Below are positions 53,033 through 61,214 of a stretch of 64,000 nt of DNA, piece by piece (within the stretch, counting starts at the first letter, position 1; every line of letters begins with the position of its first letter). The translations under genes and the position numbers were made by a program. The notes beneath the pieces were generated by a model. The model saw nothing but the letters and a program-made list of their open reading frames with translations, searched no databases and was not told the DNA's origin. The stretch spans positions 267,034 to 331,033 of the forward strand of contig JAHFKV010000001.1 in NCBI GenBank assembly GCA_023245155.1. The letters are read 5' to 3'. The stretch comes from Candidatus Staskawiczbacteria bacterium. Lineage in GTDB: Bacteria; Patescibacteriota; Minisyncoccia; Minisyncoccales; Staskawiczbacteraceae.

Positions 53033-53991
53033 TATTTGAAACGTTAAAAAAACAATTGCCCGGAGTTAAGCGCGCCGAATTGATGGCCAAACACACCACG
53101 TTTGAAATTGGCGGGCCGGCTGAATATTTTTATATTGCCCGGGCGCAAAAAAATGTGGTGAAAGCTATTCGTGTTGCCAAAAAACTACAGCTCCCATTAT
53201 TTATTTTTGGCGGCGGCAGTAATTTATTGGTTTCAGATGAGGGAATCAAAGGCTTGGTAGTCAGGATGAAAAGCAATGTTAAAGTTTTTCCCGTGTTTTC
53301 AGGAAATCGCATTAAAGCCTATTCGGGAGTTTCGCTGGGAAACGTGGTTTCCTTTTCCACTAAAAAATCATTGAAAGGTTTGGAATGGGCGGGGGGATTG
53401 CCGGGAACCTATGGCGGCGCGGTGCGCGGAAACGCAGGAGCCTTCGGAGGTGAAATGAAAGATTCTCTGATGCAGGTGCAAGCCCTTGACCACCATTTTG
53501 TTTTGCGCAATTTTACCCATGAGCAATGCGGATTTTCTTACCGCAGTTCGGTTTTTAAAGAAAAAAACTGGACCATTTTATCAGCTACCGTAAAATTACA
53601 AAAAGGCCATAAAAAAGAATTACAGGCGATTGCCAGTTCGCGCGTGCAATACCGTAAAGACAAGCATCCCTTAGAATATCCTTCGGCGGGCAGCGTGTTT
53701 AAAAATGTGCCGGTTGAACAGATCACAGAAACATTCAAACAGGAATTTTGGGACAAGGTAAAGCAAGATCCCTTTCCCATTGTGCCGGCCGCTTGGTTTA
53801 TTATTGGCGCGGGTTTAGCGGGCAAAAAAATCGGTAATGCCCAGATTTCTAAAAAACATTCCAATTACATCGTAAACCTTGGGGGCGCCAAAGCGAAAGA
53901 TGTGTTAGCTTTAATTGACGTTGTTAAGAAAAAAGTCAAAGAAAAATATGGTATACTGTTAGAAGTAGAGGTGCAATATATTGGTAAATAA
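53029..53991 (+). CDS. murB: UDP-N-acetylenolpyruvoylglucosamine reductase
   Basis: TTFEIGGPAEYF...FIFGGGSNLLVSD...GSVFKN. ATGA overlap with the upstream gene. Confidence 0.93.
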   Translation: MIFETLKKQLPGVKRAELMAKHTTFEIGGPAEYFYIARAQKNVVKAIRVAKKLQLPLFIFGGGSNLLVSDEGIKGLVVRMKSNVKVFPVFSGNRIKAYSGVSLGNVVSFSTKKSLKGLEWAGGLPGTYGGAVRGNAGAFGGEMKDSLMQVQALDHHFVLRNFTHEQCGFSYRSSVFKEKNWTILSATVKLQKGHKKELQAIASSRVQYRKDKHPLEYPSAGSVFKNVPVEQITETFKQEFWDKVKQDPFPIVPAAWFIIGAGLAGKKIGNAQISKKHSNYIVNLGGAKAKDVLALIDVVKKKVKEKYGILLEVEVQYIGK

Positions 53992-53999
53992 TAACCTAT

Positions 54000-54347
54000 A
54001 TGCAAATAATAATTAAAACTAAGAATTTTGAACTAAGCAGCGCGTTGGAAAAATTTGTAAATGATAAAGTGCAGAAGTTGGAAAAGTTTTCCCATGCGCA
54101 AAGCCAAGAGTTGTTTGTTGAACTGGAAAAAGAAACTAACCATCATCGCAAGGGAGATTTATTTCTTGCCATCATCCAGTTGCAATTGCCGGGGAAGATG
54201 TTAATAGCTCGCTCCCACGGCGAAGATTTGAATAAAGCTATTATTGACGCTAAAGACGAGTTAGAAATAGAAATTAAAAAGTATAAAACCAAAACCATTG
54301 AAACTCCTCGCCGGAAGATACGGAAATCCGGCGCCCAAAACCTTTAA
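54000..54347 (+). CDS. hpf: ribosome hibernation-promoting factor (short HPF/RaiA)
   Basis: MQIIIKTKNFELSSALEKFVNDKVQKLEKF; 115 aa. Confidence 0.88.
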   Translation: MQIIIKTKNFELSSALEKFVNDKVQKLEKFSHAQSQELFVELEKETNHHRKGDLFLAIIQLQLPGKMLIARSHGEDLNKAIIDAKDELEIEIKKYKTKTIETPRRKIRKSGAQNL

Positions 54348-54355
54348 AACCAGAG

Positions 54356-54378
54356 CCCGCCTCACTGGCGGGTTTTTC
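54356..54378 (+). terminator. rho-independent terminator
   Basis: CCCGCC (54356-54361), loop TCACT, GGCGGG (54367-54372), followed by TTTTT. Confidence 0.8.
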
Positions 54379-54422
54379 ATTGCTAAAAAGGCCATTTTTA
54401 GGTAGAGTGAAGTATAAAATAT

Positions 54423-56879
54423 ATGTCTATCATTACTAAAATTTTCGGGGATCCGCATGAAAGGTTCGCTAAAAAGCTGCAGCCGGTGGTTGAAAAAATA
54501 AATGCTTTAGAGCCCGTCATGCAAGGCCTTACCGACACTGAGCTAAAAGAAAAAACAGTTGAATTTAAGCGGCGCCGCGCCGCAGGCGCGGCGCTTGATG
54601 AGCTGCTTCCCGAAGCTTTTGCGGCGGTGCGGGAAGCAGGAAAACGCAAGCTGAATCAGCGTCACTTTGACGTGCAATTAATCGGGGGCATGGCGCTTTG
54701 CCAAGGCAACATTGCCGAAATGCGCACCGGGGAAGGTAAAACCTTAACCGCCACCCTGGCGGTGTACTTGAATGCGTTAGAGAGTAAAGGCGTGCACGTG
54801 GTGACTGTGAATGACTACTTGGCTAAACGCGATATGGTGTGGATGGGGCAGATTTACGCAGCACTTGGCATGAGCACGGGGTGCATTACCGGCCAAGGCG
54901 GTTACGTGTATGATGCTGATTTTAAAAATGCGGACCAAGAAGACCTTGAACGCGATGCATTGGGCGGTTTTAAAGTGGTTGAAGATTTTCTTAAACCAGT
55001 TACAAAAAAAGAAGCTTACGCTGCTGACATTACTTATGGCACCAACCACGAATTCGGTTTTGATTATTTACGGGACAATATGGTCTATGATTTTGCCCAA
55101 CAAGTTCAGCGCGGCCATCATTTTTGTATTGTGGACGAAGTTGACTCAATTTTGATTGATGAAGCCCGCGTTCCTTTAATTATTTCCGGTCCGGCTGAAG
55201 ATGCTTCGGAAAAATACAAGCAGTTTACCAAGGTGATAGCTCCCTTGCAACAAGATGCCGATTACACCATTGATGAAAAATTAAAAACGGTCAGTTTCAC
55301 CGAAGAAGGGCAGGAAAAGGTGGTAAAACGCTTGGGCCAAGACCCATGGGGCGAAAATGACATCATCACCGCTCACCAATTAGAGTCAGCCTTGCGGGCC
55401 AAAACCCTGTTTTTGAAAGACCGCGATTACGTGGTAAAAAATAATGAAATTGTGATTATTGATGAGTTTACTGGCAGGATGCTGCAGGGGCGGCGTTGGA
55501 GCGCGGGTTTACACCAGGCCGTGGAAGCTAAAGAGGGCGTTAACATCCAGGCGGAATCGGTAACCATGGCCACCATTACGTTTCAAAATTATTTCCGGCT
55601 CTACCAAAAGATTTCCGGCATGACCGGCACCGCCTTAACTTCCGCCGAAGAGTTCGATAAGGTTTATAAATTGCAAGTGGTAGTGGTGCCAACTCACCGG
55701 CCCATCGCCCGCCAAGATTCACCGGATAAAGTCTATAAGACTGAAGCGGGAAAGTTACAATCGGTTGTTTCTCAAATTAAAACGTTGCATGCAAAGGGGC
55801 AGCCGGTGCTGGTAGGGACCCGGTCTGTGGAAAAAAACGAATATTTGGGAAAATTGCTAGAGGCCAGCGGTGTGCCATTCCAAATGTTAAATGCCAAAAA
55901 CCATGAACGGGAAGGGGAAATTATTGCTCAAGCGGGGAAACTGGGAGCAGTGACTATTGCTACCAACATGGCTGGCCGCGGCGTGGACATTATCCTTGGT
56001 GGGAACCCTAAGAATCCTGAGGAAGCTCGGGGGGTTACCGAATTGGGCGGCCTTTTCGTGCTGGGCACCGAACGTCATGATGCCCGCCGAATTGATAACC
56101 AGCTGCGCGGCCGGGCAGGTAGACAGGGGGATCCTGGTGCTTCGCAATTTTTTGTTTCCCTAGATGATGATTTAATGCGCATTTTCGGGGGCGACAGGAT
56201 TAAGTCAATGATGAACACGTTGAACGTGCCTGAAGACGAGCCCATAGAATCTAGAATGATTTCTTCAGCCTTGGAATCTGCCCAGGGGAAAATTGAAGGG
56301 TTTAACTTTGACGCCCGGAACCATTTGCTTGAATATGACGACGTGATGAACAGGCATCGGGAAATCATGTATAAAAAACGGCAGGAGATTCTTGAGACTA
56401 ACCAAGATACAAAATACAACAACCAAATTTTTGATGCCAAGAAGAAGGAGTTGGGCGAAGAAAATTTCAGTCAGCTGGCTCGGGTGGTGAGTTTGCGGGT
56501 GATTGACCAACTTTGGCAAGAACATTTAAGCAACATGGAACACATGCGGGATTCAGTGAAACTGCGCGCTTACGGCGGTCAGGATCCGTTGGTTGAGTAT
56601 AAGAACGAAGGCCACCGATTATTCGCGGGGTTGTTGGAAGAAATTGATGCGACCATTGCTAATAATCTGTTGAAGGCCAATATACAGGTCCAATCGCAGG
56701 TTAGCCAGGTGCCAAATTTTGTCCAAAATTTGGCACAGTCGGGCGCCCCGATGTCCATCGGAGCGCATGAAAAAGAAATTGGCCGTAATGATCTTTGTAA
56801 TTGCGGTAGTGGCAAAAAGTTCAAAAAGTGCGGGGCGTTAAATTCAGTTGAGCATCAGCAACTAATGACTAAAAAATAA
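54423..56879 (+). CDS. secA: preprotein translocase ATPase SecA
   Basis: 818 aa. MRTGEGKTL Walker A, DEVDSILIDEARVPLIISG, C-terminal zinc motif CNCGSGKKFKKCG. Confidence 0.97.
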   Translation: MSIITKIFGDPHERFAKKLQPVVEKINALEPVMQGLTDTELKEKTVEFKRRRAAGAALDELLPEAFAAVREAGKRKLNQRHFDVQLIGGMALCQGNIAEMRTGEGKTLTATLAVYLNALESKGVHVVTVNDYLAKRDMVWMGQIYAALGMSTGCITGQGGYVYDADFKNADQEDLERDALGGFKVVEDFLKPVTKKEAYAADITYGTNHEFGFDYLRDNMVYDFAQQVQRGHHFCIVDEVDSILIDEARVPLIISGPAEDASEKYKQFTKVIAPLQQDADYTIDEKLKTVSFTEEGQEKVVKRLGQDPWGENDIITAHQLESALRAKTLFLKDRDYVVKNNEIVIIDEFTGRMLQGRRWSAGLHQAVEAKEGVNIQAESVTMATITFQNYFRLYQKISGMTGTALTSAEEFDKVYKLQVVVVPTHRPIARQDSPDKVYKTEAGKLQSVVSQIKTLHAKGQPVLVGTRSVEKNEYLGKLLEASGVPFQMLNAKNHEREGEIIAQAGKLGAVTIATNMAGRGVDIILGGNPKNPEEARGVTELGGLFVLGTERHDARRIDNQLRGRAGRQGDPGASQFFVSLDDDLMRIFGGDRIKSMMNTLNVPEDEPIESRMISSALESAQGKIEGFNFDARNHLLEYDDVMNRHREIMYKKRQEILETNQDTKYNNQIFDAKKKELGEENFSQLARVVSLRVIDQLWQEHLSNMEHMRDSVKLRAYGGQDPLVEYKNEGHRLFAGLLEEIDATIANNLLKANIQVQSQVSQVPNFVQNLAQSGAPMSIGAHEKEIGRNDLCNCGSGKKFKKCGALNSVEHQQLMTKK

Positions 56880-56881
56880 AG

Positions 56882-57151
56882 ATGGAGAATAGAGAAGAAA
56901 TAAAAATGAAACTTCAGAAAGGTGGGTATCTGACTATACATGAGTATAATGATTTGCCGAATGAAGAATTTCCAGATCATACGCACGACACAGAAGAATT
57001 GGCAGTTATTGTAAGTGGAAGTCTTAACGTTAAAATGGATGGCCTCAATTATTTACTGAAAGCGGGAAATGAGTTTGTGTTCCCTGCAAAAAGAGTACAC
57101 AGCGCGAAAGTGGGGCCAGGGGGCTGTGTGTACATCGTTGGTGAAAAATAA
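56882..57151 (+). CDS. small cupin-domain protein
   Basis: 89 aa. PDHTHDTEE...RVHSAKVG metal-site pattern. Confidence 0.75.
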   Translation: MENREEIKMKLQKGGYLTIHEYNDLPNEEFPDHTHDTEELAVIVSGSLNVKMDGLNYLLKAGNEFVFPAKRVHSAKVGPGGCVYIVGEK

Positions 57152-57155
57152 AATT

Positions 57156-57662
57156 ATGAGCAAAGAAATTCTACCAGTCAAACCATTTCAAGAAACACTG
57201 CACAAAAGCATGTGTGGTCCGGCAAGTCTGAAAATGGTTTTGGATTACTATGGCGTTGAAAAATCAGAAGAGGATTTGGCGGCGCTTTGTAAAACCACTG
57301 ATGAGTTGGGAACCGATGATATTGGTATCCAGCAAGCCGCGCAAAGTTTGGGATTTATAGCAGAAATAAAAAATAATAGCACCTTTGAAGATATTCAAAC
57401 CTGGCTGAATAAAAAAGTTCCGGTAATTGTCAATTGGATTACGACAGGCAGAAAAGATTATAGCGAATCGGAAGTTGCTGATGGGCATTATTCAGTGGTG
57501 GTTGGGCTGGATGATGAACTAATTTACCTGCAAGACCCAGAAATTGGAAAGGTAAGAGAAATTGCGAGAGGTGATTTCATGAAAGTCTGGTACGATTTTA
57601 CGGGGAAAGTCATAAAACCGGAGGAGTTAATTATCAGGCAGATTATTGCAATATATAAATAA
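57156..57662 (+). CDS. standalone C39-like (papain-fold) cysteine peptidase domain protein
   Basis: Q...CGPASLKMVLDYYG and DGHYSVVVG (Cys/His dyad). Confidence 0.75.
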   Translation: MSKEILPVKPFQETLHKSMCGPASLKMVLDYYGVEKSEEDLAALCKTTDELGTDDIGIQQAAQSLGFIAEIKNNSTFEDIQTWLNKKVPVIVNWITTGRKDYSESEVADGHYSVVVGLDDELIYLQDPEIGKVREIARGDFMKVWYDFTGKVIKPEELIIRQIIAIYK

Positions 57663-57925
57663 TGGAAAATAAAATTGAGGATTTAAAGAAATTGGGATAC
57701 TCTCCGGTTTGGGTTTATAGTGCCATGCCCAACGAAGATGACCCTGATCATGCGCACCAGTACGACACTCATTTATTTATTTTGGAAGGCGAAATTTCAA
57801 TTAAAATGAATGGGAAAGTTGTGATTTTAAAACCTGGCGATAAAATAGATATTCCCCGTGAAAAAGTGCATGCCGGCAAAGCTGGTGCGGCGGGATGCAA
57901 ATATATTGTGGCTGAAAAACATTAA
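57662..57925 (+). CDS. small cupin-domain protein (paralog of 56882..57151)
   Basis: 87 aa. PDHAHQYDTH...KVHAGKAG. Collinear with the first cupin. Confidence 0.75.
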   Translation: MENKIEDLKKLGYSPVWVYSAMPNEDDPDHAHQYDTHLFILEGEISIKMNGKVVILKPGDKIDIPREKVHAGKAGAAGCKYIVAEKH

Positions 57926-57944
57926 TGTATGGAAAATAAACCTA

Positions 57945-58100
57945 AAGAAAAAGCCACAGGGTAGTGTCGGGCTTTGTGTACAAGGAAGTTGTGCTTCCCC
58001 CGACCCCTGTGGCAGCCTTGAGGCTTCCTCCAATGAGCTTTCTTGCCGGTTAGGCAAGATTGGAGGTTTGGGCGTGGGAACACGGCTACATCCCCGCCTT
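57945..58100 (-). ncRNA. candidate ~155-nt sRNA, antisense orientation relative to all flanking genes
   Basis: Minus-strand extended -10 promoter directly upstream. Three G+C-rich hairpins. The last (58013-57953) is followed by U5CUUU. No plausible ORF. Confidence 0.55.
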
Positions 58101-58106
58101 ATGATA

Positions 58107-58134
58107 ATTGTAACAAAGCTCGAAAAATAGTCAA
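58107..58134 (-). promoter_or_regulatory. promoter TTGACT-N16-TGtTACAAT (minus strand)
   Basis: The reverse complement of 58107-58134 reads TTGACTATTTTTCGAGCTTTGTTACAAT. Confidence 0.6.
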
Positions 58135-58140
58135 ACGTTT

Positions 58141-58581
58141 ATGGAAGATATTAAGCAATTAATAAAAGAAGTTTTAGAAAAAGGATATTTGATGTCACTG
58201 GCAACAGTGGACGATGGGGGAGTTTGGGTAAGTGATGTTATTTTTGTGCACGACGATGATTTGAATATGTATTGGATGTCAAAATTACACCGCCGGCATT
58301 CTTTGGCAATTTTGAAAAATAACAAAGTAGCGGCGACAATTACGGTTACCCTTGGACCCAAAGAAGATGAATTAGGAATTCAACTTGAGGGCATTGCAGA
58401 AAAAATTGAAGGCGCAAGATATGATTTGGCAAAAAAACATTTTGTAAAGCGTCTTAATCCTGAACCAAAAGAAACTGATGATGTGCTGGATGGCGGCTCG
58501 TGGTATGTGTTAAAACCTGCTAAAATAGAGTTGATCCATAAAAAGTTGTTTGGATTCAACAAACAAACGTTAACTTTTTAA
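58141..58581 (+). CDS. pyridoxamine 5'-phosphate oxidase-family (FMN-binding split-barrel) protein
   Basis: YLMSLATVDDGGVWVSDVIFVHDDDLNMYWMS pattern; 146 aa. Confidence 0.75.
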   Translation: MEDIKQLIKEVLEKGYLMSLATVDDGGVWVSDVIFVHDDDLNMYWMSKLHRRHSLAILKNNKVAATITVTLGPKEDELGIQLEGIAEKIEGARYDLAKKHFVKRLNPEPKETDDVLDGGSWYVLKPAKIELIHKKLFGFNKQTLTF

Positions 58582-58585
58582 ACCC

Positions 58586-59461
58586 ATGAACAAGAAAATT
58601 TTGGTTATTATTGTCTTAGTAATTCTGGTTGCTGGCGGTGGTTGGTATTTTAAAGACAGCCTTTTGAGTTTGTACCATAGTACTGCCAATAATCTGCAGA
58701 GTTTCCAAAAAGGTGATTTGGGCAATGTGCTCAACGAAGTGAAAAGAGAAATTCTGACTTCAAAGCCTTTAAATGTGGGTGGCAAAGAGAACGATGTTGT
58801 ATTAACAAAAGTTAAGGTAATCGCAGAGACTAATTTCCAACGTTACGATAATGGCCAATTGCCGCCACTCATAGAAAATGCAAAGTTGGACGCGGCCGCC
58901 CTGGCAAAAGCCAAAGATCTATTTGCCAAGCAATATTTTGAGCATGTTTCACCCAGCGGCGTTGATCCGGGAACGTTGGTCAAAAAATACGGCTATGAGT
59001 ATATTGTGTCCGGGGAAAATTTGATTCTGGGAAATTTTACCGATGAAAAAGAAGTAGTGCAGGATTGGATGAATAGCCCCGGCCACCGGGCCAATATTTT
59101 AAATACGCGTTTTGCAGACATTGGAGTTGCCATGGTAAAAGGCACGTATGAGGGGCGCACGGTATGGATTGGCGTCCAGGAGTTTGGCTTGCCACTAAGT
59201 GCGTGCCCGGCTCCGTCTAGCACGCTAAAAAACGAAATTGATGCCGGTAAAGCCCAACTGGACCAAATGGCCGCTCAATTGGACGCCAAAAAACAGCAGA
59301 TAGAAAATACCGATAGAAGTTCTCCGGAATATAATCAGTTGGTGGGTGAATATAACGCCATGGCTGACCAATATAACACCCGGGCGCAAGAAATTAAAAA
59401 CTTGATTACAGAGTACAACAAGCAAATTAATACCTTTAACGCGTGCGTGGCAGGCAAATAA
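58586..59461 (+). CDS. membrane-anchored CAP/SCP (YkwD-like) domain protein with C-terminal coiled coil
   Basis: N-terminal TM segment. FEHVSPSG...GENLILGNF...WMNSPGHRANIL...IGVAM. Confidence 0.8.
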   Translation: MNKKILVIIVLVILVAGGGWYFKDSLLSLYHSTANNLQSFQKGDLGNVLNEVKREILTSKPLNVGGKENDVVLTKVKVIAETNFQRYDNGQLPPLIENAKLDAAALAKAKDLFAKQYFEHVSPSGVDPGTLVKKYGYEYIVSGENLILGNFTDEKEVVQDWMNSPGHRANILNTRFADIGVAMVKGTYEGRTVWIGVQEFGLPLSACPAPSSTLKNEIDAGKAQLDQMAAQLDAKKQQIENTDRSSPEYNQLVGEYNAMADQYNTRAQEIKNLITEYNKQINTFNACVAGK

Positions 59462-59462
59462 T

Positions 59463-59729
59463 ATGGCAATAATTAAGAAAAAAACGTGGCCGGAATATTT
59501 TGATTTAATAGCTTCCGGAAAAAAGAAGTTTGACGTGCGCCTTAATGATTTTGACTTACAAGAAGGCGATGTATTGGTGTTTGAGGAATGGGATCCAAAA
59601 ATAAAAAAATATACCGCCAGAAAAGTTGAGAAAAAAGTAACGTACGTTCTGCCATGTAAAATGGACCAGCTATTTTGGCCGGAAGAAGAAATCAAAGAAA
59701 AGGGTTTAAAGATTATTTCCCTGGAATAA
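59463..59729 (+). CDS. DUF3850/ASCH-like (PUA-fold) small protein
   Basis: KTWPEYFDLIASGKKKFDVRLNDFDLQEGDVLVFEEWD. Confidence 0.7.
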   Translation: MAIIKKKTWPEYFDLIASGKKKFDVRLNDFDLQEGDVLVFEEWDPKIKKYTARKVEKKVTYVLPCKMDQLFWPEEEIKEKGLKIISLE

Positions 59730-59785
59730 TATGAAATACAATAAACTGGTCAGAGATAAAAGAAAAATTACCGTCGTGATAAGAT

Positions 59786-59813
59786 TTGGTTGTGGCAAAT
59801 AAAATGCTATAAT
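59786..59813 (+). promoter_or_regulatory. promoter TTGGTT-N16-TGcTATAAT
   Basis: -35 at 59786-59791; extended -10 at 59805-59813; ATG at 59826. Confidence 0.55.
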
Positions 59814-59825
59814 ATACTAATTATC

Positions 59826-60641
59826 ATGAAAAAAATTATTACAAAATTTAATATTGTGCTGGGAGTTATTTTACTGGCAGGGATTACGTTTTCCATTTTT
59901 ACCCTCGTGCATGCAACAGCGCCCAATCCCGGACACAATTTTACGGAGGTTTCTGGCGGTATTGCGCAGGGCGACCTTATTTACGGTTCGGCAGCGGATA
60001 CATTTTCTGCGTTGGCAAAAAATGCCACCGCTTCAAGATATTTATCAAATTCCGGAGCATCTAATAATCCGGCTTGGGCGCAGGTGAACCTTTCCAATGG
60101 TGTAACAGGAAACCTTCCAGTGGGGAACTTAAACAGTGGCACTAGCGCCTCTTCATCAACCTTCTGGCGCGGAGATGGCACATGGGCTGCTCCCGGCGGA
60201 GGTGGCGGTACGTATGTTGCGCTTGGATCTGATGTTGCCAGTACCGCTTCAACATCGTACCAAAACATTACCGGTCTTTCTTGGTCGCTGGCCGCCAGCA
60301 CTAATTATGATATTGAATGTAAAATAACTTTTGATGCTAGTGCCGCCACCATTGGCCTTGGTATTGGCTGGACGGGGCCAGCTTCGCCAACACTAACCAC
60401 CGGTCAAATGGTGGCAGGTATTGGAACTCAGACAGTAGGGGGTACTTTGATACAAGGAAACGACACTGGGTCTACTACCTCCGCTTCAGCTGGAACCACC
60501 AACAACCACGCTGATTTTGAAGGCATTTGGCGCAATGGGAGCAACGCTGGCACCCTCCAGATGCGCTTTAAGCCCGAAACCGCTACCGCCAATGGTATTA
60601 TCATCAAGACCGGTTCCTGGTGCAAATATTCAACGTATTGA
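59826..60641 (+). CDS. secreted protein with tail-fibre-like N-terminal motifs
   Basis: Signal peptide. [16 protein letters not shown]...NNPAWAQV...[17 protein letters not shown], then a beta-rich C-terminal domain. Confidence 0.6.
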   Translation: MKKIITKFNIVLGVILLAGITFSIFTLVHATAPNPGHNFTEVSGGIAQGDLIYGSAADTFSALAKNATASRYLSNSGASNNPAWAQVNLSNGVTGNLPVGNLNSGTSASSSTFWRGDGTWAAPGGGGGTYVALGSDVASTASTSYQNITGLSWSLAASTNYDIECKITFDASAATIGLGIGWTGPASPTLTTGQMVAGIGTQTVGGTLIQGNDTGSTTSASAGTTNNHADFEGIWRNGSNAGTLQMRFKPETATANGIIIKTGSWCKYSTY

Positions 60642-61210
60642 TGAAAAACGTAAGCTATTTTTTACTCCCCCTACTACTGTTTCCATTGGTGGTTTTTGCT
60701 TCAATAGATTATTCTTATGCGCCCATCGATGCTTTAGACCCCCAATCCCTTATTCTCAATGTCAGTTTTAATGATTATACCAAAGATGTAAACTGCGGAG
60801 GATTGAAATTTTGGGGCATCCAAGCGGTAGAACATATCACCGGAGCCACTTTTTTGGGTCAACCCCGATTTGTCAGTTCTTCAGATACATCACAGACGTT
60901 TACTATGAATCTGCCACCGGCAAATTATGAAGAAATGATGTTCGTTTGTTCAGAAAATGGTGAAGATATAGCATTTCAAATGGGTTCACTGGAAAACGAT
61001 ATATTGGGTGACCAGATTATTTTTTCCACAGAGACTCCGCTATCTCCAGAGCCGGTTTTAGAGCTCACTCCTGAACCTGCCGCTCTGCTGCCTGTTGCCG
61101 ATAGCATTAGCCAGCCATTGGAAGCCCCGCCACCAGAAAGCGAACCTGCTCCATCTTCTCAAACGACGCAGCAGCCTTCGGAGCCGGCGATTACCACTTC
61201 GGAATTTTAA
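60641..61210 (+). CDS. secreted hypothetical protein with Pro/Glu-rich tail
   Basis: Signal peptide [25 protein letters not shown] junction with the upstream gene. Confidence 0.6.
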   Translation: MKNVSYFLLPLLLFPLVVFASIDYSYAPIDALDPQSLILNVSFNDYTKDVNCGGLKFWGIQAVEHITGATFLGQPRFVSSSDTSQTFTMNLPPANYEEMMFVCSENGEDIAFQMGSLENDILGDQIIFSTETPLSPEPVLELTPEPAALLPVADSISQPLEAPPPESEPAPSSQTTQQPSEPAITTSEF

Positions 61211-61214
61211 ACGT

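Noticed and set aside
57100-57151. The GG/AG dipeptides near the cupin C-termini (GPGG-C, GAAG-C) as possible C39 double-glycine cleavage sites.
   Set aside because: C39 substrates carry N-terminal leaders. These residues sit in the last conserved cupin beta-strand region and are better explained by fold conservation.
57929-57964. ATGGAAAATAAA (57929-57940) repeats the first 12 nt of the second cupin gene (57662-57673) and opens an 11-codon ORF; considered as a relic of a third cupin copy.
   Set aside because: Only a 12-nt AT-rich match with no further similarity, so chance cannot be excluded.
57945-58100. SRP (4.5S) RNA, because GGAAGC..CAAGGCUG on the minus strand resembles GGAAGCAGCCAAGGCAG and secA is nearby.
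   Set aside because: No GNRA-capped helix 8, no AGCAG symmetric-loop motif, and the 5' and 3' ends do not pair into the single long hairpin expected. Kept as an item for cmscan to exclude.
57858-58130. 90-aa plus-strand ORF (Cys-rich middle) and 76-aa minus-strand ORF 57827-58057 across the structured region; considered as a RiPP-like precursor next to the C39-like peptidase.
   Set aside because: The only start codon of the plus-strand ORF lies inside the cupin gene in another frame, with no internal start after the cupin stop. The region's features are better explained by an RNA with a promoter and terminator.
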